A stretch of 64,000 nt of DNA from Phoronis australis (lineage: Eukaryota > Animalia > Phoronida). The stretch's first letter is position 1. Each line of letters starts with the position of its first letter. Location: contig NMRA01000362.1 in NCBI GenBank assembly GCA_002633005.1, positions 310,001-374,000 of the forward strand, read 5' to 3'. The position numbers and the translations under genes were made by a program. Below are positions 1 through 13,061 of this stretch, piece by piece. The notes beneath the pieces were generated by a model. That model searched no databases. It was not told where the DNA came from and saw nothing but the letters and a program-made list of their open reading frames with translations.

Positions 1-1365
1 AATTTGCGCCACCTAGTGGCCATTTTTACTGTTTTTGAGTCTGTTAATTTTAGGCGTCCATCCCTCTACCAACCAAACCGCTCTAAGGATGATTGTGAAA
101 ATTGGCATGTATGTTCGTACTATAAAGTGGATGGCTGACGATGGTTTTCCGACGACTGTGGCGCCTCCTATTGGTAGTTTCGTTTTTTTGCGCCTATGGC
201 TGTATCTCCTAAACTGTCTGCAGGATCTTTACTAAATGTAGTAAGTGCATTTATATGATGTTGAGGAAGGACGATGACGACTTTCGGACGGATTTGACTA
301 CTGGTGTGCCCCTTGGTGGTAATTTTATTTTCATTACGTTAACATCTGTATCTTCAAATGTCCTCTACGTATTTTCAAAAAATTTGGCGTACAGGCTTCT
401 GTTAGTGTGGTGACGCTATCTTTCCGTTTTGAGATGGATTCGACTTAGTTTGCGCCACCTAGTGGCCATTTTTACCGCTTTCGAGTCTGTTTTTTTGGCG
501 TCCATCCCCCCTATCAACCAAATCGCTTTCAGGATAATTGTGAAAATTGCCATGTATGTTTTTACTATGAAGTGGACGGCTGACGACGATTTTCCGATGA
601 CTTCAGCTACTGTGGCGCCTCCTAGTGGCAGTTTCGTTTTTTTGTGCCCATGGCTGTATCTCTTAAACCGTTTGTAGGGTCTTTACTAAATTTAACAAGT
701 GTATTTATATGATGTTGACAAAGAACAACGACTTTCGGACGGATCTGACTATCTGTGTGTGCCCTGGTGGCAATTTTAGATTTTACCGTTTACCTCTGCA
801 TCTTCAAGGGTCCTCAATGGATTTTCATCAAACTTTGAATTCAGGCATCTATTGGTGAAATGACGCTATCCTCTCATTTTTGGATAGAATCGAGGTATTT
901 TGCGCCACATCATGGCCATTTTTTGCTGTTTTCGAGTTTGTTTTTGGCGTCCACCCTCTATCAACCAAATCATTCTATAGATGGTTTTGAAAATTGGTGT
1001 TTATGTTCTCTGTATGAAGAGGATGGTTGACGATGACGACTTTGGCTACTGTGGCGTTTCCAATGGTAGTTTTGTTTTGTTTTGCACCCACAGCTGTGTC
1101 TCCTAAACCCACTGCAGGATCTTTATTAAATTTAGTAAGTGTATTTATATGAAGCTAACAACAGACAATAACGACTTTCAGGCGGATCTAATGAACAGTG
1201 TGCCCCCGTAGTATCCATTTCATTTTATTCTGTTTTCCTTTGTTTCTCTGAAGTTCCGTGACGGATTTATGTGAAGTTTGGTTAATAGCTTTCTATTAAA
1301 GAAGCTATGACATGGTCCCAAATTCAGATGGATTTTACGTTTTTGCGCCATTTAGTGGCCATTTT
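1..1365. repeat. Higher-order tandem repeat: ~446 bp units, each of three diverged ~149 bp monomers; possibly the internal array of a Helentron-associated non-autonomous element
   Basis: TTTGCGCCACCTAGTGGCCATTTT or a variant recurs at ~3, ~449, ~898 and ~1341. Related GCGCC..TAGTGG motifs occur every ~145-163 bp. The terminal-like sequence GCATTTCAAC(G/A)CTCCG(T/C)GTTGCTCTTGT at ~1418-1446 recurs at ~5787-5814. Confidence 0.85.
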
Positions 1366-2577
1366 TATGACACAAATAAACAACCCTAAAGCACACCGTT
1401 AGCGATGCATTCGTGGACGCATTTCAACGCTCCGTGTTGCTCTTGTTATTACTTCCGAGATGCTTTGGTGTGCGTCTAGCCGCCTATATTGTGGCCTAAC
1501 TGCTTTCATTAATGGATCATTAACTTGGCAGATGCACTATTGTATTGAGTTGGGAAACGGCTGACATTTTGCGGAAAACTGTAGCGCCCCCAAATGGCGA
1601 GTTTGTCTCTTCATCAATATCTACCAAGTTCCTTATTATTACGAAATTTGGTTTTACGTGCCTATGGAGGAGAGCATGACTGGTGCCTGCTTTGGGAAGA
1701 GTCCGACTATTGTGGTGTCCTCTAGTGGCTGTTTAGGTTTTCTTTGCGATTACCTCAATATCTACGAAGTTCCTTGATGGATCTTCTTGGAGTTAAGCGG
1801 ATAACTTCCCATGAAGGAGACAATGAAACTTGTCCGTTTTAGATGGATGCAACCTATCCTGCGCCCTCGAGTCCTACTGGGGCACACTGTTAGACCCTAG
1901 AGTCAGGTCTCAGCTCTTCAGCTCGGTTTTAACTATGTATGAATATATCTAAAAAATGGTTCCAGACAATTAGTGTAATGGGCCCACCTTAGCGGCCTGC
2001 GCACATGGTGCGGGCAGTTTTCTTGCCCGCTCAGTGATGCCTACTGATGTCCTTGATAGCTTTTCATTTTAATGCAGAGAGATAGTATGCTTGCTTTTGA
2101 TTTTAGACGGGTCTGGCTGCTGTGTTACTTCCTTGCGGCAATATGGGTCTGTCTCAAAGCCTGCCATGTTCTGTCAAATGGGGCCTCTTCATGTCTACGC
2201 TCTCTAGAGTAATGAGAGCACGATAGTGACTTCCGGTATATTACTACTTCCATTTGCTCCCGACTCAGATTTTGTTGGACAGATTTTTTTTACTAAATAG
2301 TGGTTTATTAATTTAAATAGAGAGAAACCAATCCCACAGTCAATCCCTCCCATTGTATGAATAAGTTGTGTCACCGGCTGGGATCGAAATTAATCAGTCA
2401 CCGTCTGCCATCGCACCCGATTCTTCGTAGTCATGGAAAATGTTACATGAAACATGGTGTCCTTGTTCATCCATTGATCTTTGACAAAGGGTTTGCTTTC
2501 TTCGTAAGGTATTAGTACATCCCACCACACAGCAGTAAAAATTTACTGATATAAAGGTAGGAAAGGTGTTGCGCTGT

Positions 2578-2764
2578 TTATACCAGTAGGTTGAAACCTC
2601 CCGTCCGCATTGAGCCTACATGGGATCTGTAGGTGGCGCTGAGCGTCTGTCCACCAGGTCGCCATCTGGCGAATGGCGTGGCTATTTCGAAACCGTCAGG
2701 TATTGGAGGTTCTTCGAGGAAAGCTCGGCTGGTGTTGATGTTTAGACTGACGCATCTGGCACCC
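2578..2764 (-). CDS. Candidate terminal coding exon (GARCVSLNINTSRAFLEEPPIPDGFEIATPFARWRPGG...NLLV*), gene assignment uncertain
   Basis: GC-richer open frame after the acceptor ...CCACTATAG|G (phase 2), ending in TAA. Phase-compatible with the 11815 exon donor or with a possible exon at ~3645-3750. No recognised homology. Confidence 0.3.
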
Positions 2765-3464
2765 CTATAGTGGCTAACTGTAATATTTCTATTGATTCTC
2801 ATGATTTCTGCCCCACGATCGAGATCGTAATGCATGCGCGCACCCAGCCTTAAAAATGGGGGGCTCGAATTTTTTTCAGAATGTGGACCTTTTACTTACT
2901 AAGATTCATCATTCATGGACGGGGTACGTTTAGAGCTATGAATTGTGCATTCGCCGAAGTTCAGTGGTTACTGCTCTTTTTGTTGACTTTCGTCTCGTTT
3001 TTTACTTTTTCGGAGTTTTTGTTTCTCTGAGGCGGAACTTTTTACCCTCTTCGCCATATGGGGGGGCTCATTCGAGCACCCCCCCCCCCCTCCTCCCCGG
3101 GTGTGCACATGTAGTGAGGATGGATTCACCGAACGTGGAAATATTTGAAAAATGAACCCCCATTGTAAGTTTACCGTGTGCCATGGTCGGTCAGTACTGT
3201 GCTACTCATATGTCCCAATGTTTACCGGTAAGTTGGAGGCGTCTTATTCAGATGTTTTGTTGTTAGACGGAATTTGATTTCCACAACTTTTTTGTAAGTT
3301 TCACTTTATTCGACGACGAACTATACCTGAAAACCTGAAAGCAGTGGAGTGCAGTACTAAAGTAATTAATAAAGCGCGTGATTTTTTTATGCATTTTCTA
3401 GTCACCCATCTCGTCAGCCTCATTTTCCAACAATGCCGCAGGTCAGTTTAAAGAGGCTATCGCG

Positions 3465-5290
3465 AACTGAAGAGATGAAAAGCGTAAGCTCATTAATTCC
3501 CAGAAATTGTACGGTAAACAGTGTCTCAAGTTTGTTGTATTAAAGGGACTCGGTGACGATGTCCGGCCTGCACATATCTTAAATGGAGCATCCGGGTATT
3601 GACTACCTTGCACCACTGCTGAAGTATACATCTGATGCACTTACGGTACTTCGCTTGTAAACGAATGAAATTTCATGATTGCTCGGGAATTTATGTTTGC
3701 AATTTTCCTCAAAATCGAATTAAATCTAAGCGATCCTCGTTTCATGGTGTCTTGCGTATAGTGAAAGAAAACTTGAAGACGTCAGGTGAGAAGTAAACGA
3801 GGCAATTTGCATATGTGTAGAAAATGTGCGATAACCTCATCAAACATAATTCGTCTTCTGATTGACGACCCCTCAGTCGAAACAGTCGCGAGCCGCCTGT
3901 TTGTTGGCTTCCGGTATAATGCGACCAATAGGGCCTGCGTGTTTGCCGATTCTGAAAAGGGAAAAGATATGTGGGTTTGAACATGTGACAGACTGCAGCG
4001 CTATAAGGATCGAATGCATATCAAAAATAGGCGAATTCAGAAGGAAACAGTTGACGTGCTGAGGATTGGCAGTAGATGTTGCGTCAAGTACTGACTCACT
4101 TTTTCCTACCGGGTCGAAAATCAATTAAGGCGAGGACATCTTTACCCTTTTAGATAAACGGTCACAAACATGTATATTCCGCACACAATAGTGAACAGAT
4201 CAAGTTGAAGCGATTTTTTTGGCCAAAATAGTACAAAGCAACTTTGAGTGCTTTGTTCGTGTGGCTAAGTCAATTTCTGTCTGCTTTACTGCCTGGTTTG
4301 GTGGAAACTAAGACCGTGGGAATTTTAACCGTCATCTCTTACAAGTTTTTAGCATCACCTTAGTTTGAAAAGCCAATCCCTTCACCTAGTACTTATATGT
4401 TATTTAATCGAATTGGTCCCTGTGTTTGGATTGAGTTCGGTATAGTGAAGGTCTAATATGACCTCGACTCGAACAGTCGAACAGCTGTGCGTCCAATAAC
4501 CCCTACCACCTCAAAAATAGTTTGGCTCTCACGTCCCGTCCCATGATTTAAGATTCCGGCGCAGTCGTTCGACATCGTTCAGTGGCTATCCTTTGGTGAG
4601 GTCCCAGATATAGTTGCGAAACATTAGCAATATCTGCTTGTACCACCGTGCTCTCATCAAACTCGCAAGCCTAACTGAACGCGTCCAAGGTCTCGGGCTG
4701 CAGACTGCCGGTGTTTGGGAGAATGGAAAAACAAAAGTCAAATTTCATGATGCCTGTGTAGGCTTGATTCACGCCAGTATGGTGATGTGACTATGTACGT
4801 GTGCGCCTCGCGTGAAAGAACCAGGGTTCGAATGAAGTGGTTTGCAACTTGCAAAAAACGACTGGATTGTCTATAAAATTAGTCTTACATGCATCACAAT
4901 TACGTCAACTTGCGATCATTACTGGAGATACCAAAACTGCCTTTTTCGCCAGACGTGACAATTACTTCATGAATCTTTATAAAATGATTATGTTGTCAAC
5001 GACAATACCCTGTGATAGTGCTGTGGTCTGCCAACTGTCATATTATCTGTAAAAAACTCGCCGCGCATCCAACTTCTGCTAATGGTTTAGGTTTAATTTC
5101 GCACAAATTACGTAGGCTTACCACATTCCACAGAAAATTAACACCCTGCGTTTCATGTTAAGGGTGCTAGAACTAATTTATCTACCATTGTCGCCGTTTT
5201 ATTTTAGCCGTTCACAACGAATATGCTTGAAAAATCACATACTGCACATTCTTGTCCTGTAAGCCACCACCCCCCCCCCCCCCCCCCACC
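3465..5290 (+). repeat. Near-identical ~1.8 kb duplication, copy A (other copy 9357-11190)
   Basis: Essentially identical to 9357 onward (offset ~5892), with identical ORF translations in the track. Identity ends at a poly-C run. Confidence 0.95.
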
Positions 5291-6175
5291 CCCCCTCCAT
5301 CTGCATGCTGCTGTCAGGGTGTGGTGATGCTCTCCAGCAATTACGAACTTTCATTATTCTTAGAAATACCAAGAGTCCCTTCTGGGGTGAATAAATAAGG
5401 AACAAGTCGTGACACAATTTTACTGCGGGAATTGGTCCAACTGCACTATTAAAGTTAGCTTCTTCGCTTTAAGAGGTCCCGGTCTGTGTCGGACTCATTT
5501 CTGTGCTGCTCCAGAAAATGTCCAGGTCTCTAGATTACTGATCTCGTGCTGTTCCACTTGAGCCACCGAGGTCCCATATCTGCCCAGTAACTGTTTGCAG
5601 CCAACTGTTTTATTATTATACATCCCATCAGAGATGGCAATGACAAGAGATTACGAGTTACACACAAATCGGACTATAACATTGGCCCCTAATGTTATTT
5701 TTTACGTTTGCCTCTATATCTAATGGATACTCTTACAATTGTAAACATACTCATTAAAGCACACCTTTTGTAGTGCTATCGTTGGCGCATTTCAACACTC
5801 CGCGTTGCTCTTGTCAACATCTGAATTTATATCAACTTAACCCCTTGCAAGGTCACAATATTTGGCGTGTGTAGTCCTATTTTAAACTCGACAAGAATTG
5901 AACCACTGCTGTGCCTTCGATTGGAAATTTCATTTTTTTTCAAAAAAGTGACTAACGCCTGTCTCTATCTTTACAGTTCATTCTTTGCGGATTTTCATTT
6001 ATTTTACCGGACAATGTTCTTTTTAGAGAGAAGACGACGCCTTGCTAGGTTCAATGTATTCTGTGGCGTTTAATGGCCATTTTTATGACATTAAAAACTA
6101 CTGGAATTGAATTGCAGGTGTGGTTGCATTTCATGTAGCTCTTGTTTACAGCTAGGAGCGGATTCAATGAAACCA

Positions 6176-6310
6176 GCCTCCAGTTCAGTAACGGTAGGAC
6201 TTCGCTAGATTACGTGAGACATTGCCGTGTATTTTAAAATGAGAGCACGTAATGTTGACAAGATTTTAGTTAGGACCTAGCATAGGTCCTAGCGTTATTG
6301 AACTCACGCC
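6176..6310. mobile_element. MITE family A (TIR TTCAGTAACGCTAGGACCT...AGGTCCTAGCGTTACTGAA)
   Basis: Imperfect terminal inverted repeats. Homologous copy at ~17682-17820; reverse-oriented diverged copies at ~20460-20600 and ~26492-26630. Confidence 0.7.
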
Positions 6311-9300
6311 TGGTTTAAAGTAGCCAAGGCACCCCACTGTGTGGAGATGGGAGTCTAACAAACTATTGAAGTGCTTCCATGGAACTGTGATCACGTGGGT
6401 TTCAGTGACCAGGACAGCACACAGTCGATCGTAGGATGGAATCAGTGTAGACATATTTTCCTGGTGGCTCTGTCGATCAAATGATAAAATGAGTAGAACA
6501 AGATCAGAACATTTTTCTCCTGAGGGAAAAGGTTGATGTCATAGATGGAGAGGCAAACTGATGGTGACGCCAACTCCAAGTCAATGGGGGAACCAACAGC
6601 TAGGCTTGGAGGCCCTCCAAGCCTAGCTGTTGCCTAGCTGTTGTCCCGGGGACAGTGGGTCCAGACTGGCTAAGCAGTTCCCGCAATCAGAAAACGCAAC
6701 CAGAAACAGTTAAAGGATTTTTGGAAGAGAACTGAACGAAATTGTATGGTCGTCCGAGTAGATCACATAAGTATAGTTTTAAGGTATTTTCGAGGCTCAT
6801 AAGCATAAACCATACTGTACTCTTGTACAGACTAATTGGCACTTACCTTGAATACAAAAATAAAAAATAGAAAAAGCCAAAAATTATTCGAGTTCCATTT
6901 CTAGTAAAAAGATCTCTGGGGACTCTGACGTCGGTGCCCGACGGGGTGGCCCGCTGGGCAGTCAAAGACCTAGAAATTTGATTTTCGTTTTTGAGCCAAC
7001 TAGCAGGAAGTGCAACTTCAATCCTGTGAAGCAATACACTAACTCATTACAAGTATATTTTTAAAAATGTAGAACTAAAAATACCTCATCGCCGCATTAA
7101 TTCTCAAAAAACGGCATCACTGAACCGATCGAGGCTATGCCATATTGTTTGGCCCAAGAACAGGCTTAAAGCCGAGATCCGTTCAACTAGGTCATTGAGG
7201 AAGGAAATTTAGATTCTGCGGTGCAACAACTTCCCGGAACGGCTTTTGAGCGCTACCTGTCGAGTGTCCCGTTGTTGTCAAAGCATTGGGAATCATGGCT
7301 GCCTGACGACAACTATGGTACAAAGCGACGTCGCAGAATCTGTGGTGATGAGCGCCAAAAAGGTGAAAAGTAACGTCACTTATGAAAATGTAAGTTTGCG
7401 AATACATTAATTTTCCACTGGTCTACAATTTTTGTAAATAAATGTCGTTTCATTATTGATTTTTTCTATGACTTTTTGGCTTATGATCCTGGCTTCACAC
7501 AAGTCAGTCAAGAGTCGGTCAACACCGCGTACACGCGTGTCAACACCAAACCTAAAATGTAGTGGTGAAACTGGTTTAAAACGTTCATGTATCAAAATTT
7601 AACTCAGTATTTTGCATCACAGGGCCAATTTACCAGGGTGTTTACACTGTTTACCTATACAATGGCACTGACTATTGCCTGTGGGCATTGTTAGTCGGAT
7701 AGGCCCTATGTAGGTCCTCTATAACTCCAAAACGGAGTCCAAAACTACTCATTAGAAATTAACGCAATATACCTCATTCACAGGCAGTCACTAGACTCCA
7801 TGCAGTTCCATTCTGTCCCGTGAAATGCGATTGTTGCACACGTACGCACTGTTAACACAGTGATTAGCTCAATTATTATTCACATGTGTTGTATTTTCAC
7901 CTCTCTTTAAAGTAAACGTGTGTTGTATGCTAACAATTTTAGACTGAAATAGACCCGTACCTGTGTACTTGCGGTCCCTGCAAAACATTCTGGAGGAAGG
8001 CATACGGTGGCAAGAAGGGAGAGCAGTTGTTACAGCGATCTGTGATACAGCGTGCTCAAGACACATCCACACTTTTCAAGCCTGAGCAACAGGAGTGGAG
8101 AATAAAAATTGGAGATAGAGTCACAGTAAAGGGCCAGTATCCAGGTATGTAGTGCTGGCAATACATCAACAGTGCGGTCAAATATAGGGGAGAATGTTGC
8201 TATGAGACTGTAATGTACGCTGCTCAACCCAATTTACTTTTTGATCAAGAAAACAAAATATACTTTATGTAAATGAAAACAAACACCTGTGACTAGTAGA
8301 TTGGTTGATAGTAAACTTTGCAAAACTGCAACTGTCTCTCTTTCAATTTTTTGTTCTGAAAATGGAAATTTTAGGTCACTTAATTGCCAAAGAGTATTGC
8401 GATCTTGGCCGTAACATCTAACAATTAAGTGTTCTCCACGACCTCAGGTCAGATCAAGTAAATAACATTGGTAATATAGTGAGATTGAATTAAACTTATT
8501 TGCCNNNNNNNNNNNNNNNNNNNNNNNNNNNNNNNNNNNNNNNNNNNNNNNNNNNNNNNNNNNNNNNNNNNNNNNNNNNNNNNNNNNNNNNNNNNNNNNN
8601 NNNNNNNNNNNNNNNNNNNNNNNNNNNNNNNNNNNNNNNNNNNNNNNNNNNNNNNNNNNNNNNNNNNNNNNNNNNNNNNNNNNNNNNNNNNNNNNNNNNN
8701 NNNNNNNNNNNNNNNNNNNNNNNNNNNNNNNNNNNNNNNNNNNNNNNNNNNNNNNNNNNNNNNNNNNNNNNNNNNNNNNNNNNNNNNNNNNNNNNNNNNN
8801 NNNNNNNNNNNNNNNNNNNNNNNNNNNNNNNNNNNNNNNNNNNNNNNNNNNNNNNNNNNNNNNNNNNNNNNNNNNNNNNNNNNNNNNNNNNNNNNNNNNN
8901 NNNNNNNNNNNNNNNNNNNNNNNNNNNNNNNNNNNNNNNNNNNNNNNNNNNNNNNNNNNNNNNNNNNNNNNNNNNNNNNNNNNNNNNNNNNNNNNNNNNN
9001 NNNNNNNNNNNNNNNNNNNNNNNNNNNNNNNNNNNNNNNNNNNNNNNNNNNNNNNNNNNNNNNNNNNNNNNNNNNNNNNNNNNNNNNNNNNNNNNNNNNN
9101 NNNNNNNNNNNNNNNNNNNNNNNNNNNNNNNNNNNNNNNNNNNNNNNNNNNNNNNNNNNNNNNNNNNNNNNNNNNNNNNNNNNNNNNNNNNNNNNNNNNN
9201 NNNNNNNNNNNNNNNNNNNNNNNNNNNNNNNNNNNNNNNNNNNNNNNNNNNNNNNNNNNNNNNNNNNNNNNNNNNNNNNNNNNNNNNNNNNNNNNNNNNN

Positions 9301-9356
9301 NNNNNNNNNNNNNNNNNNNNNNNNNNNNNNNNNNNNNNNNNNNNNNNNNNNNNNNN

Positions 9357-11190
9357 AACTGAAGAGATGAAAAGCGTAAGCTCATTAATTCCCAGAAATT
9401 GTACGGTAAACAGTGTCTCAAGTTTGTTGTATTAAAGGGACTCGGTGACGATGTCCGGCCTGCACATATCTTAAATGGAGCATCCGGGTATTGACTACCT
9501 TGCACCACTGCTGAAGTATACATCTGATGCACTTACGGTACTTCGCTTGTAAACGAATGAAATTTCATGATTGCTCGGGAATTTATGTTTGCAATTTTCC
9601 TCAAAATCGAATTAAATCTAAGCGATCCTCGTTTCATGGTGTCTTGCGTATAGTGAAAGAAAACTTGAAGACGTCAGGTGAGAAGTAAACGAGGCAATTT
9701 GCATATGTGTAGAAAATGTGCGATAACCTCATCAAACATAATTCGTCTTCTGATTGACGACCCCTCAGTCGAAACAGTCGCGAGCCGCCTGTTTGTTGGC
9801 TTCCGGTATAATGCGACCAATAGGGCCTGCGTGTTTGCCGATTCTGAAAAGGGAAAAGATATGTGGGTTTGAACATGTGACAGACTGCAGCGCTATAAGG
9901 ATCGAATGCATATCAAAAATAGGCGAATTCAGAAGGAAACAGTTGACGTGCTGAGGATTGGCAGTAGATGTTGCGTCAAGTACTGACTCACTTTTTCCTA
10001 CCGGGTCGAAAATCAATTAAGGCGAGGACATCTTTACCCTTTTAGATAAACGGTCACAAACATGTATATTCCGCACACAATAGTGAACAGATCAAGTTGA
10101 AGCGATTTTTTGGCCAAAATAGTACAAAGCAACTTTCAGTGCTTTGTTCGTGTGGCTAAGTCAATTTCTGTCTGCTTTACTGCCTGGTTTGGTGGAAACT
10201 AAGACCGTGGGAATTTTAACCGTCATCTCTTACAAGTTTTTAGCATCACCTTAATTTGAAAAGCCAATCCCTTCACCTAGTACTTATATGTTATTTAATC
10301 GAATTGGTCCCTGTGTTTGGATTGAGTTCGGTATAGTGAAGGTCTAATATGACCTCGACTCGAACAGTCGAACAGCTGTGCGTCCAATAACCCCTACCAC
10401 CTCAAAAATAGCTAGGCTCTCACGTCCCGTCCCATGATTTAAGATTCCGGCGCAGTCGTTCGACATCTTTCAGTGGCTATCCTTTGGTGAGGTCCCAGAT
10501 ATAGTTGCGAAACATTAGCAATATCTGCTTGTACCACCGTACTCTCATTAAACTCGCAAGCCTAACTGAACGCGTCCAAGGTCTCGGCTGCAGACTGCCG
10601 GTGTTTGGGAGAATGGAAAAACAAAAGTCAAATTTCATGATGCCTGTGTAGGCTTGATTCACGCCAGTATGGTGATGTGACTATGTACGTGTGTGCCTTG
10701 CGTGAAAGAACCAGGGTTCGAATGAAGTGGTTTGCAACTTGCAAAAAACGACTGGATTGTCTATAAAATTAGTCTTACATGTATCACAATTACGTCAACT
10801 TGCGATCATTACTGGAGATACCAAAACTGCCGTTTTCGCCAGACGTGACAATTACTTCATGAATCTTTATAAAATGATTATGTTGTCATCGACAATACCC
10901 TGTGATATTGCTATGGTCTGCCAACTGTCATATTATCTGTAAAAAAACTCGCTGCGCATCCAACTTCTGTTAATGGTTTAGGTTTAATTTCGCACAAATT
11001 ACGTAGGCTTACCACATTCCACAGAAAATTATCACCCTGCGTTTCATGTTAAGGGTGCTTAGAACTAATTTATCCACCATTGTCGCCATTTTATTTCAGC
11101 CCGTTCTTGATAAACAACGAATATGCTTGATAAATCACATGCTGCATATTCTTGTCCACGGTAAGCCCTCCCCACCCCCCCACCCCCATC
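9357..11190 (+). repeat. Near-identical ~1.8 kb duplication, copy B, starting exactly at the end of an N-gap
   Basis: Matches 3465-5290 with scattered SNPs and 1-bp indels. Confidence 0.95.
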
Positions 11191-11814
11191 ACCCCTCCTT
11201 GTGTGTCCTGTCTGTCGCGCTCTTGTGGACCATTTTATCAAAGTCTGAAGGCATTTGTGAAGTCTCAACTTCATATTGCAAAGGATCGCTCCCATAGACA
11301 ACGCAGCATCCTTGCTCTTGGTCTTACAGGTACGTGTGAATGCAGCAGCACTATGTCTTAAATACATGTTTTTTATTCACGAATCTATATGACTTGAGTT
11401 ACAGGGACCATGAATCCGTGTCCTCTGTCAAAAACCAACGTTCGATTTAGGCTCTTACCTTTACAAGTCTCATGTTGTCCCGTGCTCGGTTACAGTGGAC
11501 TCTAAAGCTTAAGGTCGCCAGTGCATTTGACCAGGTTAATTAATTTGCTTGTCCCAGCGGGTTACATAAGTTACAGTGATAAAAGCATTATGGCCGCCGG
11601 GGTAGTTCCCCCATGATTTACTGTATCCAATTTTTTTCAAACAAATGATGCGAAAATTATGTCTCTGTGTAGGAAAGTGATGTGTGATTCAAAACGGCTT
11701 TTAAAAATCTTTTGAAATCGTCTACATCATCAAACTTTGTCTTCTGGAGATCGATCTTTCGGAACGTGCTCAAATCTTAACTCTAACAGCAACTGATTAC
11801 TGCTCGAACCTTAC

Positions 11815-11932
11815 CCGCAACATTCCAGCCCTCCGAAGTTACAGGAACACGAAACGCAGTCTGGTTTTCCGATTATTGTGCGTTCTTCACCCGGTTCTAT
11901 GGCGTTTCCGTCGAAGTAACATTTTCCTTTCC
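11815..11932 (-). CDS. Internal exon of a small Cys-rich secreted-type protein, beta-microseminoprotein (MSMB/PSP94)- or SVWC-like
   Basis: Acceptor ATATTTCAG|GG and donor CGG|GTAAGG, phase 1 to 2. Encodes KGKCYFDGNAIEPGEERTIIGKPDCVSCSCNFGGLECCG, whose C..G..G..CxxCxC...CC spacing resembles the MSMB core exon. Confidence 0.6.
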
Positions 11933-12612
11933 CTGAAATATTAGAAATGTTATTCTCGTTTGTAAATCTGATCGTACTCCAACAGTGGTCAATATAAAAA
12001 TTGATGATCGGTTTTAGGACAGAAAAGCGCATTTTGGATTATTGTTGGACAGGATATTTTTTTTAAGTTATTAGCTTTAGAAGAGACAGCAAAATCCGTT
12101 GTGATTTTGCCATTTTATTAGAAATCACCGATTCTCGAGGTTGGCTTAGCTTCCGACAATCGATAGAATTAACTGAAATCGAAGGCCGTTGGCTGGATTT
12201 TGTTAAAAACGACATTTTGGCTTAGCTTAATGCACCCCACCACTTCGCTCACAATTCCTTGTTTCGCATGAAAAATAACTATACCTTCCGTTTTTCGGCT
12301 CCTAAATTCCAAGTAACTTGGATAGTGAACAAAATGCAGGAATTTCCTAACAACTCGATAATATTAAGTATCTTAGGAATTGATGACCAGCGGTGAGAGA
12401 ACATGGTTTGTATTCCTATCTCATTGACCCGATGTTGTGTAAAAAAAACATTCGCGTACAAGAGACATGTGATCTTCCGGTGTGATGAATTCCTTGGTGT
12501 ACCCCTAAATTTTAATATTTTGGAAGGGCAAACTGGCCTTGGCAGCAGCCTAACTGTTCTGTGCCACCAATGGCGTTATAATAGTGGCAGACGTGTCACC
12601 GCTAAACATCCG

Positions 12613-13061
12613 TACCGGGATTTTCCGTAGATAAGCCCACCCGATGAAAAGTTCATGGGTGTTTATTCTGAAAATTATGCCGCATACACGCCCATGGGCG
12701 TTCATTTGGTGTTAACAACTTGTGGTGCCAAGTGTCCAGACAGTGGGGCGTTTATTTGGAAATTGTCTTCTTAAAAGCCCACTCAGCGTCATTTTTGTGA
12801 CAAATTCAGTTTCGTTGGGCATTTATCATTTATAGAAACGAACAAGGTGTTGGCGAATTATGCATTTATCAACATAAAAATTAAAACGTAGTTTTAAGTA
12901 AAAGTGTGTCGAGTCAAGAAAAATTATGGCTTTCCGTTTACACGTCCCCCCTATTTTCCGAATAAACGCCCGGGCGTTTATTTGGTGTTGCTAAAACGCC
13001 TGAATTTAAATTTTCATTTTCCGAACACACGCCACGGGCTTATCTACGGAAATTCCCGGTA
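12613..13061. mobile_element. TA-flanked MITE, Tc1/mariner-pogo-like
   Basis: TIRs TACCGGGATTTTCCGTAGATAAGCCC ... GGGCTTATCTACGGAAATTCCCGGTA, with internal GGGCGTTTATTTGG repeats. Confidence 0.85.

Noticed and set aside
1-1365. CRISPR-like array or coding repeats (ORFs 35-235 and 429-677)
   Set aside because: Spacers are themselves repeated, there are no cas genes, the context is eukaryotic and frames are not maintained.
8444-9532. Long ORFs over the N-gaps (also 46017-46675 and 60967-62066)
   Set aside because: Artefacts of N runs and (CA)n repeats.
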